Shown here: positions 12,624 through 27,000 of the stretch, piece after piece
Position numbering within the stretch: position 1 is the stretch's first letter
Layout of the letters: each line of letters starts with the position of its first letter
Source of the DNA: Amphiscolops sp. MND2022
Taxonomy: Eukaryota
Direction: 5' to 3'
Assembly (NCBI GenBank): GCA_964187785.1
Contig: OZ076414.1
Span: forward strand, 52,018,001 to 52,082,000
DNA length: 64,000 bases
Program-made: the position numbers and the translations under genes
The notes under the pieces: generated by a model
Told to the model about the DNA's origin: nothing
The model's database searches: none
The model's input: the letters and a program-made list of their open reading frames with translations, nothing else

Positions 12624-15150
12624 GTGTGCGGAGCAAGAAGAGAAAATTCAAGAACTAGAGGAGCTGACTGAAATGAACAATGAGATAGAGGAAAACTTCA
12701 GACTTAATGAAATCGAACTGAGAGAAGATATTGATATGAAAGAATCTGAACTACGCGCTCTGAGCACTAAAGCCGAGCATTTGATAGCAGTTCTATCGGA
12801 CAGAGAAAACACTATTCTGAAGTTCAGACAATTGGTGCAACAACTCAAAGAAGAAAACGAAAACCTCAAAAATTCGGTTCCGGTTGAGTCTACTGAGGAC
12901 AACGTCACCGCCCCAAGTACTGAAAATAGCTCCCTTCTGGCTCAACAGTTGGGTCAAACCGGATCTAGCTTGCTATCCAATTCATTTACTGCTGATTTGA
13001 AATCTAAACAAAGTAACACGCAGAATCTTTTCAAGTCTTTAGACTGTGACCTGAAAAGTTTGGAAATCAAGCAGCTGGAAGAAAATGTATCGTTCATTGT
13101 GTCATATCTTCCTGACAGCTTTTCTAGATCTGCTGGCGATCTAGATTGCATCAGAGCGTTGGTCCTTTTGCCCAGATTGTGTGAAAAGATCAAAATACTC
13201 GTCAAATATGTGAAAATGAAAAACGGGGCCACTGATGAAACCAATTTGATGGATTCTCAAAAATCCATGGATCCTTCTGAGAACCCGTGTTTCGCATTCA
13301 ATGTTTCGCTGCAACTTATGGGTCTATATAACTTAGTTTCACAGGTTTCATTCATCTTGAATACATGCTCTGTTGAAAGGTATCTTCGCATTGGGTCAGT
13401 TTACCCGGAAATGCTGGTTCACGAGAAATCAATTGACTATCTCATCAATTTGTTCAAGAAGGATCAGCTTGATGATACTGTGAAGTTTGAAAACATTATT
13501 CGAGCAAAGTCTTTCTTTGACCAGCTTCTCAAAGCTGTTTTCTTGGGTGAGAAACTGAATAACAGTCTTATGTTTGAAAACTCGGTCAATCTTATCCAAG
13601 AGTGTTCAGAATGTGTTCACATGAGTTGCGACAAAATTATGTCATACTTGAACCCGAACTTGGAGTTTGACGACTTCGCTGTTTACCTCAAAGAAACGAT
13701 ACAAGTTGGGCAAGATATCAAAAAACTCTGTCGAAAAATGAAGAAGCAGTTTCCATCTTCCTCTGAAAGGATTATGATTGTTTCTGATCAAGTAGTGAAA
13801 GAAGTTACTGATTATTTGGATATGATAACAGATCATGCTTTGATTATGTACCAAGTGAGTCGCGAAGCTGAAATTGCGTCGTCGGTTTTGAATGAGGGTG
13901 AGTTCATTTCAAGTGAGCGGATATGTGAGCTACGAGACCAATGTGTCAGTGACATGACGAAAAATTCGTACGCCCATATCAAACCGATTCCAAACAAGGT
14001 TCAAGCGTATATGACCCAACTTTGCACTTTGACAGACGAAGGCGAATTTGACGAAACTGATGCTCCCAAGTATTCTCAACCGATCTACGCTCACGCCGAA
14101 CAAACGAAGGTGGAATTGGCCAATCAAACGCGAACAGCCGAAGATGCAGACCTCAAGGCAGCCGAACTGAAAGAAGCGAAGATCAAGTTGCGACAAAAAG
14201 ATGAAGAATTGGCCAGCATGAGTGTGAAGATAGAACTCATAGAACAAAAGTCGAAGGCAGTTCCAAAAGCAATGGAAGAGAAAACGAGAATGTTGAAAGA
14301 AGAAAATGAAAAGATTAAAGAGGAGCTGGAATCCGCCAAACGCAACCATGAGATCACTCTTAGCGGTTTGGACCAAGAGATCAAAGATCTTGAGCAGCAG
14401 AATAAAGACCTGAAAGTCAAGATGAACCAAAGTACAATGCGCAGTTTAGTGGGCAGTGTTTCTAAGTTTGCTATCAATCAGACATCCAAGGAGGAAACCG
14501 CTGTTAAATTCATTGATTCTCCGCTGCTCAGAGAAGAAGTAGCATCTCTTAAAAATGCATTGAAATTTTCACAGCAAGAAGTTTGGCGCTTGAGAGGCGA
14601 GAAAATGAAAGAAAAGATGGATCGTTTATCTCCTCTGCCTATTTTGAATAAACCAGTTGGTTTAGCAAGTTCGACTGGGCTAGTTAAACTAGATGGCGGC
14701 GAAAAGGCATCAACTCTGGGCAACTTGACACGACAAGCAGTTTCATTGGTTTCCGAGTTGGATCGTTTGTGCATCAATCCTCGCGTTGTCAATCTGGCCA
14801 ATAGGAAGCCAGGAATGATTCCTGCAGTCGACAAATTGTCATCGGCTCAACAAATGGTAGCTATGAAAACCCATCATTTGAAAGTGCAAAACAAACTGGA
14901 GACCTTGAGAGAAAAGGTTTTGAATTTCACTGCAGCCGAATACCCGTTGGAAGACACTAGTTTGGGCAACTCGCAAAACTCTTTGTTTGCAAACAGAAAG
15001 GAACTCGAAAGAATAAAAGAAAACATGAACCCTTCTTTGGCTGCAAGAGTTATCCTTCCTGTGACAAAGTCTGCAAAACCAGGAACCACCAAAGTTTTTC
15101 TTAGCCGACAACAGTTCTTCGATTTACACCGAGGGATTTTGAATCAATAA
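12624..15150 (+). CDS. DCTN1: DCTN1 exon 6 (dynactin domain, coiled coil 2); joined CDS 3849 nt = 1282 aa
   Basis: Acceptor TTTGCAG|G; contains the 825-aa ORF; joined length is close to vertebrate p150 (~1280 aa). Confidence 0.95.
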
Positions 15151-15890
15151 TTTAAATATTACTAAACTTAATTACTTAAAGCTTGGTTGTAGACTTAAAA
15201 TGGTGATGCCGTTTTCTTTAATTCATTTCATTTATCAGTTCAACAACGTTTTCATTGAGATTCAACTTTGAGTACGTTTACCTCATTTAATTTTCTGTCA
15301 TTCGAGTTCACCCTTCCTCACCGCGCTTTTTGAGTCGACAACGTTTAAGCTAACAGTCCATGTTTTTCGCAAGCAATCAATTATCAAGAAAACAGATCCC
15401 TTGGTCGTGTGCAATATCATTATGCCTCTAGCTCTTTGACCAATTTCATTTGAAGTCAAGAACCCGCGTTACTTAATGAAGTTGTTTGTGAAAACTTTTT
15501 TAATCAAATTGGAAGAAGCTTTTAGTTGAGATGTAATCAACCAATTTTAACTAATTGAATCGAAGAAAAAAATCAAAATATTGCAACCTTGAATCAAACC
15601 AATCCTATGACATCATAAGGGTCAATAAAAACTTGAATATTTAAGTCTGGCTCGAATGAAAGATTCTCAATTCCTTATAGTGTTTCGCCACTTCACTTAT
15701 TCGACGATTGAAATTTGTGAGGGATTTCCTTTCTCTGTGATATTTCTTTCGTGCCTCGATTTTCTCGATAATGACGATGATGTCTCAACATTGACAATAA
15801 ATAGAAGGCGATAATCATTAATATTTCGTTGACTTATCAGTTTGGACTCCCTCTCGTCTCAGTAGTGCCTCTTCAATGCCGCCAGAATGT

Positions 15891-16765
15891 TTTTAGCCGG
15901 CACATTTTAGTAGAAAATGAGCCCGATTATTACAGTTACTAGTTTTTTCGTCAATTAACAGAATATATGCGTGGTGGACACTTTTTACAGAAACTACTAA
16001 AACCAAGTCTGGCCAGCAAAAACGCATCTAAGGTAGTGCAAAGGGCACCCTTTCGTTTTTTTTCTTTTTAACGTAATATACTAAACCGAACGAGACTACA
16101 GGTTCCCCTTTTTTTCGGCACTGTGAGACTTTTTTCGTGTCTCCTTTAAAATTTTTGTAAATGTCTCTAAAAGGTCCCCCTTCAATTTTGATATTTTGAA
16201 ACAAAATGGATATCAAAAATTCCAAAGGGTCCCCCTTTAGATTTTTCGGAACAATGAAACTTTTCAAAAATTTCACTTTCGTTTTCTTCAAACTTTTTAA
16301 TTTCTCCAAAGGGTTATTTTAATTTCTCCAAATTTCTCCTTTATTTTTTTGATATTTTGCAATAGAAGGGATGTTAAAAACTCTCAAAGGTTCCCCCTTT
16401 TACATTTTCCCACACTATGAGGCTGTTCAAATTCTATTTTTTTTTCGTTTGATAAGAGGTTTTCTCATTATATATCCACCAAAATTTTTTTTCAATACTG
16501 TCCGAATTTTGAAGGTGGAGGTTCGAAAATATTGCGCTATATCCGAATTTTCAACCTAATATCCGCACTGTATTGCGTTTTACTGAGGAGAAAGCGGAGG
16601 CACGCTATTTCCGAACTTCTGAAGCAAATTCCGAGCACGAAAGACACCCGTTTGGTGTTTCGAAGTTTTTTGTGAGTTTTTCATAAACGTCCTGAGCATA
16701 TTTTCAAAACTTTGCGCTATTTGGGCCTCGGTAAAGCGCCGACTTTAAACGTTCCCGTCGTACTA
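15891..16765 (+). mobile_element. HINE-like family 1 copy
   Basis: 5' TTTTAGCCGGC...CCCGATTATTACAG; 3' GCGCCGACTTTAAACGTTCCCGTCG. Confidence 0.55.
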
Positions 16766-16804
16766 TCCCTGCAACAGCAGGAATATTATAGGTACTGGAA
16801 GATT

Positions 16805-17170
16805 TTTTTCCAGCCGAGTTTGTTCGTTAATCGAGTACGATTTAGTAGTACGATTATTCGAGTAGTTTATTCATTTCTCGAGCGATGAAGCGAGCGAGTG
16901 TTAATTATGCATTCGTTCGCTGATTCATTGAATCAGTAATCATTATTCGTTCGCCGAGAGCTTCGCCTACATTCGAATGCGAAACTTCGTCGTATGCGCT
17001 TGGTAGTTATATTTTCTTTAGTCCGAGAATTAAAGGCGGTGTAAACTGGTACAGTGATTAATTGTGCGCAATATGATGAATAAACAGGAGTGTATAGTTA
17101 TTCCATTCATGCTACTGTTATTGAACACCTACCTAAAGCAGAAAAGATACTGTGCCTCGCAAGGGCCTAT
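16805..17170 (+). mobile_element. HINE-like family 3 copy
   Basis: Shared core (GAGCTTCGCCT...TAAAGGCGGTGTAAAC) and 3' hairpin. Confidence 0.6.
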
Positions 17171-17470
17171 TTTTCGGAAATATAATTTGATCAGTGAGCA
17201 ATTGTTGAATGAGTTTTTGAAATATGGGTTAAAAGTATATTTAGCTCTTTTTGTGGATCTTTTCTGTTGTTTTCCCTCACCAATTTAATTCCTCCATTGA
17301 AGCGGTCAAGTAAAAATATTCTTTTTTAAATAGATTGTTTATTCATAGATTATTTTATTCATAGAGTATAGATAAAATTATAGAATTATAGAAAGAACCA
17401 ATTAAGTGTTGAGTAGTGTTGAACTCTAACAGCAAACTCAAATAGATTGCGTGAACGAGAGGGGATAGTT

Positions 17471-17992
17471 TTTTAGTCGGAGAAAATCCCGACTCTTACA
17501 GTGGCTAGTTTTTTTTCGTCAGTTCAACGCGAAACGTCCACTTTTTGTGCATTAATGCGCATTCACCAACTTTTACCATATGTACTTAGTACTTCATTTT
17601 CAACGCATCCAAAGCCTCTAACATGAGATAAAAAGCCATTCCAAAGCAGAAGAGTCCACTTTTTTCGACACTATGAGACTTTCCGCCTTTTTTCGGCACT
17701 GTGAGACTGATTTTTCCGAATTTTTTTTATTGTTCCTCCCATCAATTTTTGATATTTTGCAACAGAATGGATGTTCAAAAAATCCCAAAGCGTCCCCCCT
17801 TTTACATTTTTCGGCACTATGCGACTTACTGGAAACTTCAAAAAAATTTCGAAAAAAAAATCGGAGTTTTTTTTCTCAATTTTTAGTTTTTTGAGAGCTT
17901 TTGTTGTCTCCAGTTGTAGAAAAAGTGGTTTTCGATTTCGAGTCTTTTTGAGCCTTAGATATGGCGCCGACTTGGGCCGTTCCCGGCTTGTT
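17471..17992 (+). mobile_element. HINE-like family 1 copy, 153 bp upstream of the SART3 ATG
   Basis: Close relative of 58226-58748; subterminal AGTCGG/CCGACT and 3' GGGCCGTTCCCGGCTTGTT. Confidence 0.75.
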
Positions 17993-18145
17993 CGCGCTTA
18001 CTGTGGGGGGATTAGATCTCTTTTTGTTTCAGTCTGCTGTCCTATGTTGACATCCATAGTTTCAGCGGGTGTTATTTTTTACAGTAAATTAAAATGAAAA
18101 CGGTGCTTTTCATTGATTTCGCATTCAATTCTTTTCAGAGGAATA

Positions 18146-20808
18146 ATGGACGAAAATAAAACTGAGAAAGCTAGTGGTTATAGCGGAAGCATTACTGCAT
18201 CATTGAGGCAACTGGCTTCCACTGGAGATCTTGATGGTGGAGAAATCAAAACGGAAAAGACAAAAGATCAAAATGGCCAATCAGATTCTGACACGTCATC
18301 AGACTCTGAGGATGGAGCAGACGAGTCGTCAACCAATGAGAATCAGAGTAACGAGCCCACACCGAGGCAAATAGTCAGCCGAGCTCAAGCTGCAGTAGAT
18401 GCAAATATATACGACTACAACGCTCATGTCACCCTGATAGATCTATGTAAAACTTTAGACATGACTGAAAAATTGCGCAGTGCTCGTGAAATCATGAGCC
18501 AAACTTTTCCTCTCACCGAGCAGCTTTGGTTGGATTGGACTCAACATGAAATTAGTTTAGGAGAACTGAGTTTTCAGGAAGTTTGTGAATTGTTTGAAAG
18601 AGGCACAAAAGATTATCTTTGTCCGAAATTGTGGGTCGAATATGTGAAATATGTCTCGACCATGAAAATAGCCGCCCAAGATGAAAACTGTTTGCAGATT
18701 GTTCGTAATATTTTCGAGAAAGCTTTAATCGCAATTGGTCTACATGCGACGGCGTCTGACGCTGTTTTCAACACTTATCGCAGCGTTGAAGAAAATTTGC
18801 CACAGTCAGCTGAACTGAAGAAAGAACGAATTTTTCAGCTTTATAAACGTCATTTATCGGTACCAACCCCAAATTTAGAGGGTAATTACAAAGTTTTTCG
18901 TGAAAACTTCGGCGAAGTTGATGAAGTTGAAACTGGGTATAAACGAGCTTGCCATTTATGGGAAAAGATCAAAGGTCTAGAAGAAAAACTGGGATCAGAC
19001 CCTTCTGTTGAAACCTACAAGGATTACTTGGAAGTTGAAGTTTCTATTGGTGACCCTTCTAGAGTGAGATGTCTTTTCGAACGGGCTGTTCAGGATAACT
19101 GTTTGGTCGGAGATCTTTGGTGCAAGTACATCCAGTTTGTATGTTTCAAACTCAAAGATTCCGCTCTGGCTGATTCTATTTGCAGACGAGCTGTCAGAAA
19201 CGTACCTTGGATTCCGAGAATCTGGGAGCATTATATAAATGTATGCGAACGTTTGGGGAAAAGTTTCGAAGAAATCAAGTCGTTGTTCGCAGAAGCACTC
19301 ATTTCGTTGTACGGAGAAGATACTTCTGAGCTTTATCTCGCTTTTCTGACGTACATAAGGCGACGGCTCTCAGCTGGGTTGTCTGATTCGTTGAGCAAGG
19401 ACATGTTGAAACATTTCCGTGACACATATCATAAAGCTTTTGATTCTCTCGCGAGTTTCCCTGAATCCTTGTACGTTGTGAAAAAATTCGTGGCTTACGT
19501 TGAGGCAAAGTTTTTCAAGAATTTGGCTGTTTTTCGCAAGATTTATGACAATTTAGTTATCGAAGACAGTTGCGATACCAAACGATGGGTCGATTATATC
19601 GAGTTAGAGGAAAAGTTCGGTACGCCGGCTCATGTCCATAAATTACATCAGCGCGCTTTCATGTATCCCCGAATGACAAATCCATCTGAATTGATCGGTA
19701 GGTTCATTTTGTATGAACGCCTCAATGGATCCTTAGAATCGCTTGAAGCTGCCTTGTTCAAAACTCAAACGTTCGCTTCTCAAGTTGAACGAGCTAAAGA
19801 AGTTGACAAAGCCAAAGAAGAAAAGAGAAACGCTAAACAACAAAGTAGAAATGATGTTCAAGGCCTGTCAAGATCATGCGGCTTCAAAAAGCAATCAGAA
19901 AATGCCAATAGTGTCAACCACGAGTCGAAAAATTACGATTCAAAAGCAAGCAAACGTCATCATATCCCAGAAGCCGAAGAACAGTCTGATGGCTTCAAAG
20001 TACCTGAAGTTCCACCAACGAAGAAATTAAAGCTAACTGATAAACCGGCCGAAAATCCTTTCAAGAAGAAAACTATTAGCTCTGTGAAGAAAGCAGAAGA
20101 GTTTCGTATTAATTCAGCTGTGAACGAAAACGCTCCTGCTGATTCCATGGAAAGTGAGCTAAATGAAGAAATCCCCAATGTAGATGAAGACATGAAAGAA
20201 AGTAGTACAAAGATGGGCAATTCATTTATCAGCAATGACGAAAACGCTCACCTATCAGTATTTCTGAGTAACCTTTCTTTCAAAGTCACCGAGGATGATA
20301 TTAGAAGTTTTTTCTTGTCTTGTGGAAAAATAACCGGTCTTTCTTTAGCTAAAAACGCTGCTGGTAAATCGAAAGGTTTTGGCAACGTTATATTTCAATC
20401 TGAATCTTCAGTTTTGGAGGCAATGAATCTAAATCGGGAAATGTTATGCGGTAGACCAGTTTTTGTATCTCGTTTTAAACCTTCGAAAAACAATTCCTCG
20501 GACAAACAGAATGACGGAGACATGTTATCCACTACAGACTCCCCAGATAGTAAATTAGTTTACTCTACGGGGCTGGAGAAACACAAATTGTTCATCAGTG
20601 GGTTATCAACCAGTACAACTCGAGAAAAACTCACAGAAATCTTTTCAAAGTTCGGAGACTTGAAGGATGTGCGAATAGTCACTTACAAAAACGGCCATTC
20701 AAAAGGTTTGGCTTTTGTGGAGTTCAAAGACGTTGAATGTGCAAGTAAAGCTTTGGTGGGCCTTGACGGAAGCACTGTCGATTCGAAAGAAATCAAAATT
20801 GCTATCAG
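18146..20808 (+). CDS. SART3: SART3/Prp24 U4/U6 recycling factor exon 1 (HAT repeats plus two RRMs)
   Basis: ATG at 18146; HAT-type LWLDW/LWVEY repeats; RRMs VFLSNLSF...KGFGNV and LFISGL...KGLAFVEF; donor ATCAG|GTAAAC. Confidence 0.93.
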
Positions 20809-21040
20809 GTAAACTAATTTTACGCTTTTTTTCTATTAGTTTTTTTCCTGAAGAATAACGGAAGGACATTTTTTAAGCTTTGGAAGTGATGTAGCTTTGA
20901 AAGAGAAAAGGCGTTAGCGGATTGCTACGTATGAACACATCTTTTTAGTTTTGTGTAATTTCATGTATAATGATACATTTTCGTCCTCATTGGCGACGAA
21001 ATGTCTGAAATATTCCTTGCCGATTATTCACTTACCAATT

Positions 21041-24000
21041 CTATGTTTCTGACTAATGCTGGATGGCCTTACTTAGTTTTTTGAGTGTTCGGAAGAGACG
21101 TTTGGGTGATCATTGTTTTTAATGTTCACATCCCGCGGGCTCCTTTTCTTTTTGTCTCGAGTCTAATTTAGATTTTGTGGAGTGTAAGTTCTAGGCTTTA
21201 TCTGAACAGTGTCGATTGTTGACAATTTTTACTTAGATATGTGTAGTTTTGAATTGTTCATTGAAGTCAATTTCTTGATCGAGTCGTTCCATCACTATTT
21301 TTGTTCGTGTGATGCAAATACTATGCTTTATCTGACTAATGCTGAAGGAACTTACTGATGTATTTCCACATTGTGGATGGTCGGAAAAAAACGTTTCGGT
21401 GACCATTGTTGTCAATGTTCACATCCCGCGGGTTCCTTTTTTTGTCTCGAGTCTGATTTAGGTTTTGTGATGTAAGTTCTAGGCTTTATCTGAAGTGTCA
21501 ATTGTTGACAATTTTTACTTAGATACGTGTAGTTTTGAATTATTCTTTGAAGTCAGTTTCTTGATCGGTTCGTTCCATCACTATTTTTGTTCGTGTGATG
21601 CAAATACTATGCTTTATCTGACTAATGCTGAAGGATTTTACTGATGTATTTCCACATTTTGGATGGTCGGAAGAAACGTTTCGGTGATTATTGTGTTCAT
21701 TGTTCATATCCCACAGGTTGCTTTCGTTTTTGTATCGAGTCTAATTTAGTTTTTGTGATGTGAATTCTATGCTTTATCTGAACAGTGTTTATTGTTGACA
21801 AACTCGTACTTAGATACGTGTAGACTAAGTTGCTTTCTTGAAGCAGCTGTTTGACCGAGTCGGTTCGTTAATATTTTTGTTCATGTGATTCCAATACTAT
21901 GCTTTATCTGACTAATGCTGAACGAACTTACCGATGTATTTTCACATTTTGGATGGTCGGAAAAACGTTTGTGATGATTGTTTTAAACGTTTCTGTGATC
22001 ATTCTTTTCAATGTTCACAGCCCACTCTTTCCTTTTCTTTTTGTCTCGAGTCTAATTTAGTTTTTGTGATGTGAATTCTATGCCTTATCTTAACAGTGTT
22101 ATATGTTGACCAACTTTTATTTGATACGTGTAGACTAAATTGCTTTTTTAAGCAGCTTTTTGGTCGAGTCGTTTCGTTAATATTTTTGATCTTGTGATTT
22201 CAATACTATGCTCTATCTGACTAATGCTGAACGAACTTACTGGTGTATTTTCACATTTTCGATGGTCGGAAAAAAACGTTTCGGTGATCCCTGTTTTCAA
22301 TGTTCACATCCCGCGGGTTCCTTTCCTTTCTGTCTCGAGTCTAGTTTAGGTTTTGTGATGTAATTTCTAGGCTTTATCTGAAGTATCAAAAGTTTACATT
22401 TTTTACTTAGATACGTGTAGTTTTAAATTGTTCTTTGAAGGCAGTTTCTTGATCGAGTCGTTCCATCGCTAATTTTGTTCGTGTGATGCAAATACTATGC
22501 TCTATCTGACTAATGCTGAAGGAACTTACTGAAGTATTTCCACATTGTGGATGGTCGGAAGAAACGTTTCGGTGATCATTGTGTTCATTGTTCATACCCC
22601 ACAGGTTGCTTTTTTTTGTCTCGAGTCTGATTTAGGTTTTGTGATGTAAGTTCTAGGCTTTATCTGAAGTGTCAATTGTTGACAATTTTTACTTAGATAC
22701 GTGTAGTTTTAAATTATTCTTTGAAGTCAGTTTCTTGATCGGTTCGTTCCATCACTATTTTTGTTCGTGTGATGCAAATACTATGCTTTATCTGACTAAT
22801 GCTGAAGGATTTTACTGATGTATTTCCACATTTTGGATGGTCGGAAGAAACGTTTCGGTGATTATTGTGTTCATTGTTCATATCCCACAGGTTGCTTTCG
22901 TTTTTGTATCGAGTCTAATTTAGTTTTTGTGATGTGAATTCTATGCTTTATCTGAACAGTGTTTATTGTTGACAAACTCGTACTTAGATACGTGTAGACT
23001 AAATTGCTTTTTTAAGCAGCTTTTTGGTCGAGTCGTTTCGTTAATATTTTTGATCTTGTGATTTCAATACTATGCTCTATCTGACTAATGCTGAACGAAC
23101 TTACTGGTGTATTTTCACATTTTCGATGGTCGGAAAAAAACGTTTCGGTGATCCCTGTTTTCAATGTTCACATCCCGCGGGTTCCTTTCCTTTTTGTCTC
23201 GAGTCTAATTTAGGTTTTGTGATGTAATTTCTAGGCTTTATCTGAAGTATCAATAGTTTACATTTTTTACTTAGATACGTGTAGTTTTAAATTGTTCTTT
23301 GAAGGCAGTTTCTTGATCGAGTCGTTCCATCGCTAATTTTGTTCGTGTGATGCAAATACTATGCTCTATCTGACTAATGCTGAAGGAACTTACTGAAGTA
23401 TTTCCACATTGTGGATGGTCGGAAGAAACGTTTCGGTGATCATTGTGTTCATTGTTCATACCCCACAGGTTGCTTTTTTTGTCTCGAGTCTGATTTAGGT
23501 TTTGTGATGTAAGTTCTAGGCTTTATCTGAAGTGTCAATTGTTGACAATTTTTACTTAGATACGTGTAGTTTTAAATTATTCTTTGAAGTCAGTTTCTTG
23601 ATCGGTTCGTTCCATCATTATTTTTGTTCGTGTGATGCAAATACTATGCTTTATCTGACTAATGCTGAAGGATTTTACTGATGTATTTCCACATTTTGGA
23701 TGGTCGGAAGAAACGTTTCGGTGAATATTGTGTTCATTGTTCATATCCCACAGGTTGCTTTCGTTTTTGTATCGAGTCTAATTTAGTTTTTGTGATGTGA
23801 ATTCTATGCTTTATCTGAACAGTGTTTATTGTTGACAAACTCGTACTTAGATACGTGTAGACTAAGTTGCTTTCTTGAAGCAGCTGTTTGATCGAGTCGG
23901 TTCGTTAATATTTTTGTTCATGTGATTCCAATACCATGCTTTATCTGACTAATGCTGAACGAACTTACTGGTGTATTTTCACATTTTCGATGGTCGGAAA

Positions 24001-27000
24001 AAAACGTTTCGGTGATCCCTGTTTTCAATGTTCACATCCCGGGGGTTCCTTTCCTTTTTGTCTCGAGTCTAATTTAGGTTTTGTGATGTAATTTCTAGGC
24101 TTTATCTGAAGTATCAATAGTTTACATTTTTTACTTAGATATGTGTAGTTTTAATTTGTTCTTTGAAGGCAGTTTCTTGATCGAGTCGTTCCATCACTAA
24201 TTTTGTTCGTGTGATGCAAATACTATGCTCTATCTGACTAATGCTGAAGGAACTTACCGATGTATTTTCACATTTTGGATGGTCGGAAAAACGTTTGTGA
24301 TGATTGTTTTAAACGTTTCTGTGATCATTCTTTTCAATGTTCACAGCCCACTCTCCTTTTCTTTTTGTCTCGAGTCTAATTTAGTTTTTGTGATGTGAAT
24401 TCTATGCCTTATCTTAACAGTGTTATATGTTGACCAACTTTTATTTGATACGTGTAGACTAAATTGCTTTTTTAAGCAGCTTTTTGGTCGAGTCGTTTCG
24501 TTAATATTTTTGATCTTGTGATTTCAATACTATGCTCTATCTGACTAATGCTGAACGAACTTACTGGTGTATTTTCACATTTTCGATGGTCGGAAAAAAA
24601 CGTTTCGGTGATCCCTGTTTTCAATGTTCACATCCCGCGGGTTCCTTTCCTTTTTGTCTCGAGTCTAGTTTAGGTTTTGTGATGTAATTTCTAGGCTTTA
24701 TCTGAAGTATCAATAGTTTGCATTTTTTACTTAGATACGTGTAGTTTTAAATTGTTCTTTGAAGGCAGTTTCTTGATCGAGTCGTTCCATCGCTAATTTT
24801 GTTCGTGTGATGCAAATACTATGCTCTATCTGACTAATGCTGAAGGAACTTACTGAAGTATTTCCACATTGTGGATGGTCGGAAGAAACGTTTCGGTGAT
24901 CATTGTGTTCATTGTTCATACCCCACAGGTTGCTTTTTTTGTCTCGAGTCTGATTTAGGTTTTGTGATGTAAGTTCTAGGCTTTATCTGAAGTGTCAATT
25001 GTTGACAATTTTTACTTAGATACGTGTAGTTTTAAATTATTCTTTGAAGTCAGTTTCTTGATCGGTTCGTTCCATCACTATTTTTGTTCGTGTGATGCAA
25101 ATACTATGCTTTATCTGACTAATGCTGAAGGATTTTACTGATGTATTTCCACATTTTGGATGGTCGGAAGAAACGTTTCGGTGATTATTGTGTTCATTGT
25201 TCATATCCCACAGGTTGCTTTCGTTTTTGTATCGAGTCTAATTTAGTTTTTGTGATGTGAATTCTATGCTTTATCTGAACAGTGTTTATTGTTGACAAAC
25301 TCGTACTTAGATACGTGTAGACTAAGTTGCTTTCTTGAAGCAGCTGTTTGACCGAGTCGGTTCGTTAATATTTTTGTTCATGTGATTCCAATACTATGCT
25401 TTATCTGACTAATGCTGAACGAACTTACCGATGTATTTTCACATTTTGGATGGTCGGAAAAACGTTTGTGATGATTGTTTTAAACGTTTCTGTGATCATT
25501 CTTTTCAATGTTCACAGCCCACTCTCCTTTTCTTTTTGTCTCGAGTCTAATTTAGTTTTTGTGATGTGAATTCTATGCCTTATCTTAACAGTGTTATATG
25601 TTGACCAACTTTTATTTGATACGTGTAGACTAAATTGCTTTTTTAAGCAGCTTTTTGGTCGAGTCGTTTCGTTAATATTTTTGATCTTGTGATTTCAATA
25701 CTATGCTCTATCTGACTAATGCTGAACGAACTTACTGGTGTATTTTCACATTTTCGATGGTCGGAAAAAAAACGTTTCGGTGATCCCTGTTTTCAATGTT
25801 CACATCCCGCGGGTTCCTTTCCTTTTTGTCTCGAGTCTAATTTAGGTTTTGTGATGTAATTTCTAGGCTTTATCTGAAGTATCAATAGTTTACATTTTTT
25901 ACTTAGATACGTGTAGTTTTAAATTGTTCTTTGAAGGCAGTTTCTTGATCGAGTCGTTCCATCGCTAATTTTGTTCGTGTGATGCAAATACTATGCTCTA
26001 TCTGACTAATGCTGAAGGAACTTACTGAAGTATTTCCACATTGTGGATGGTCGGAAGAAACGTTTCGGTGATCATTGTGTTCATTGTTCATACCCCACAG
26101 GTTGCTTTTTTTGTCTCGAGTCTGATTTAGGTTTTGTGATGTAAGTTCTAGGCTTTATCTGAAGTGTCAATTGTTGACAATTTTTACTTAGATACGTGTA
26201 GTTTTAAATTATTCTTTGAAGTCAGTTTCTTGATCGGTTCGTTCCATCATTATTTTTGTTCGTGTGATGCAAATACTATGCTTTATCTGACTAATGCTGA
26301 AGGATTTTACTGATGTATTTCCACATTTTGGATGGTCGGAAGAAACGTTTCGGTGAATATTGTGTTCATTGTTCATATCCCACAGGTTGCTTTCGTTTTT
26401 GTATCGAGTCTAATTTAGTTTTTGTGATGTGAATTCTATGCTTTATCTGAACAGTGTTTATTGTTGACAAACTCGTACTTAGATACGTGTAGACTAAGTT
26501 GCTTTCTTGAAGCAGCTGTTTGATCGAGTCGGTTCGTTAATATTTTTGTTCATGTGATTCCAATACCATGCTTTATCTGACTAATGCTGAACGAACTTGT
26601 GTATTTTCACATTTTCGATGGTCGGAAAAAACGTTTCGGTGATCCCTGTTTTCAATGTTCACATCCCGCGGGTTCCTTTCCTTTTTGTCTCGAGTCTAAT
26701 TTAGGTTTTGTGATGTAATTTCTAGGCTTTATCTGAAGTATCAATAGTTTACATTTTTTACTTAGATATGTGTAGTTTTAATTTGTTCTTTGAAGGCAGT
26801 TTCTTGATCGAGTCGTTCCATCACTAATTTTGTTCGTGTGATGCAAATACTATGCTCTATCTGACTAATGCTGAAGGAACTTACCGATGTATTTTCACAT
26901 TTTGGATGGTCGGAAAAACGTTTCGGTGATCATTGTGTTCATTGTTCATACCCCACAGGTTGCTTTCGTTTTTGTATCGAGTCTAATTTAGTTTTTGTGA

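Noticed and set aside
17485-17510. Classic Helitron1 3' end (hairpin + CTAG|T), also at ~58250
   Set aside because: Homology between the two copies continues ~480 bp to the right of CTAG, so this is the element's 5' palindrome, not a 3' terminus.
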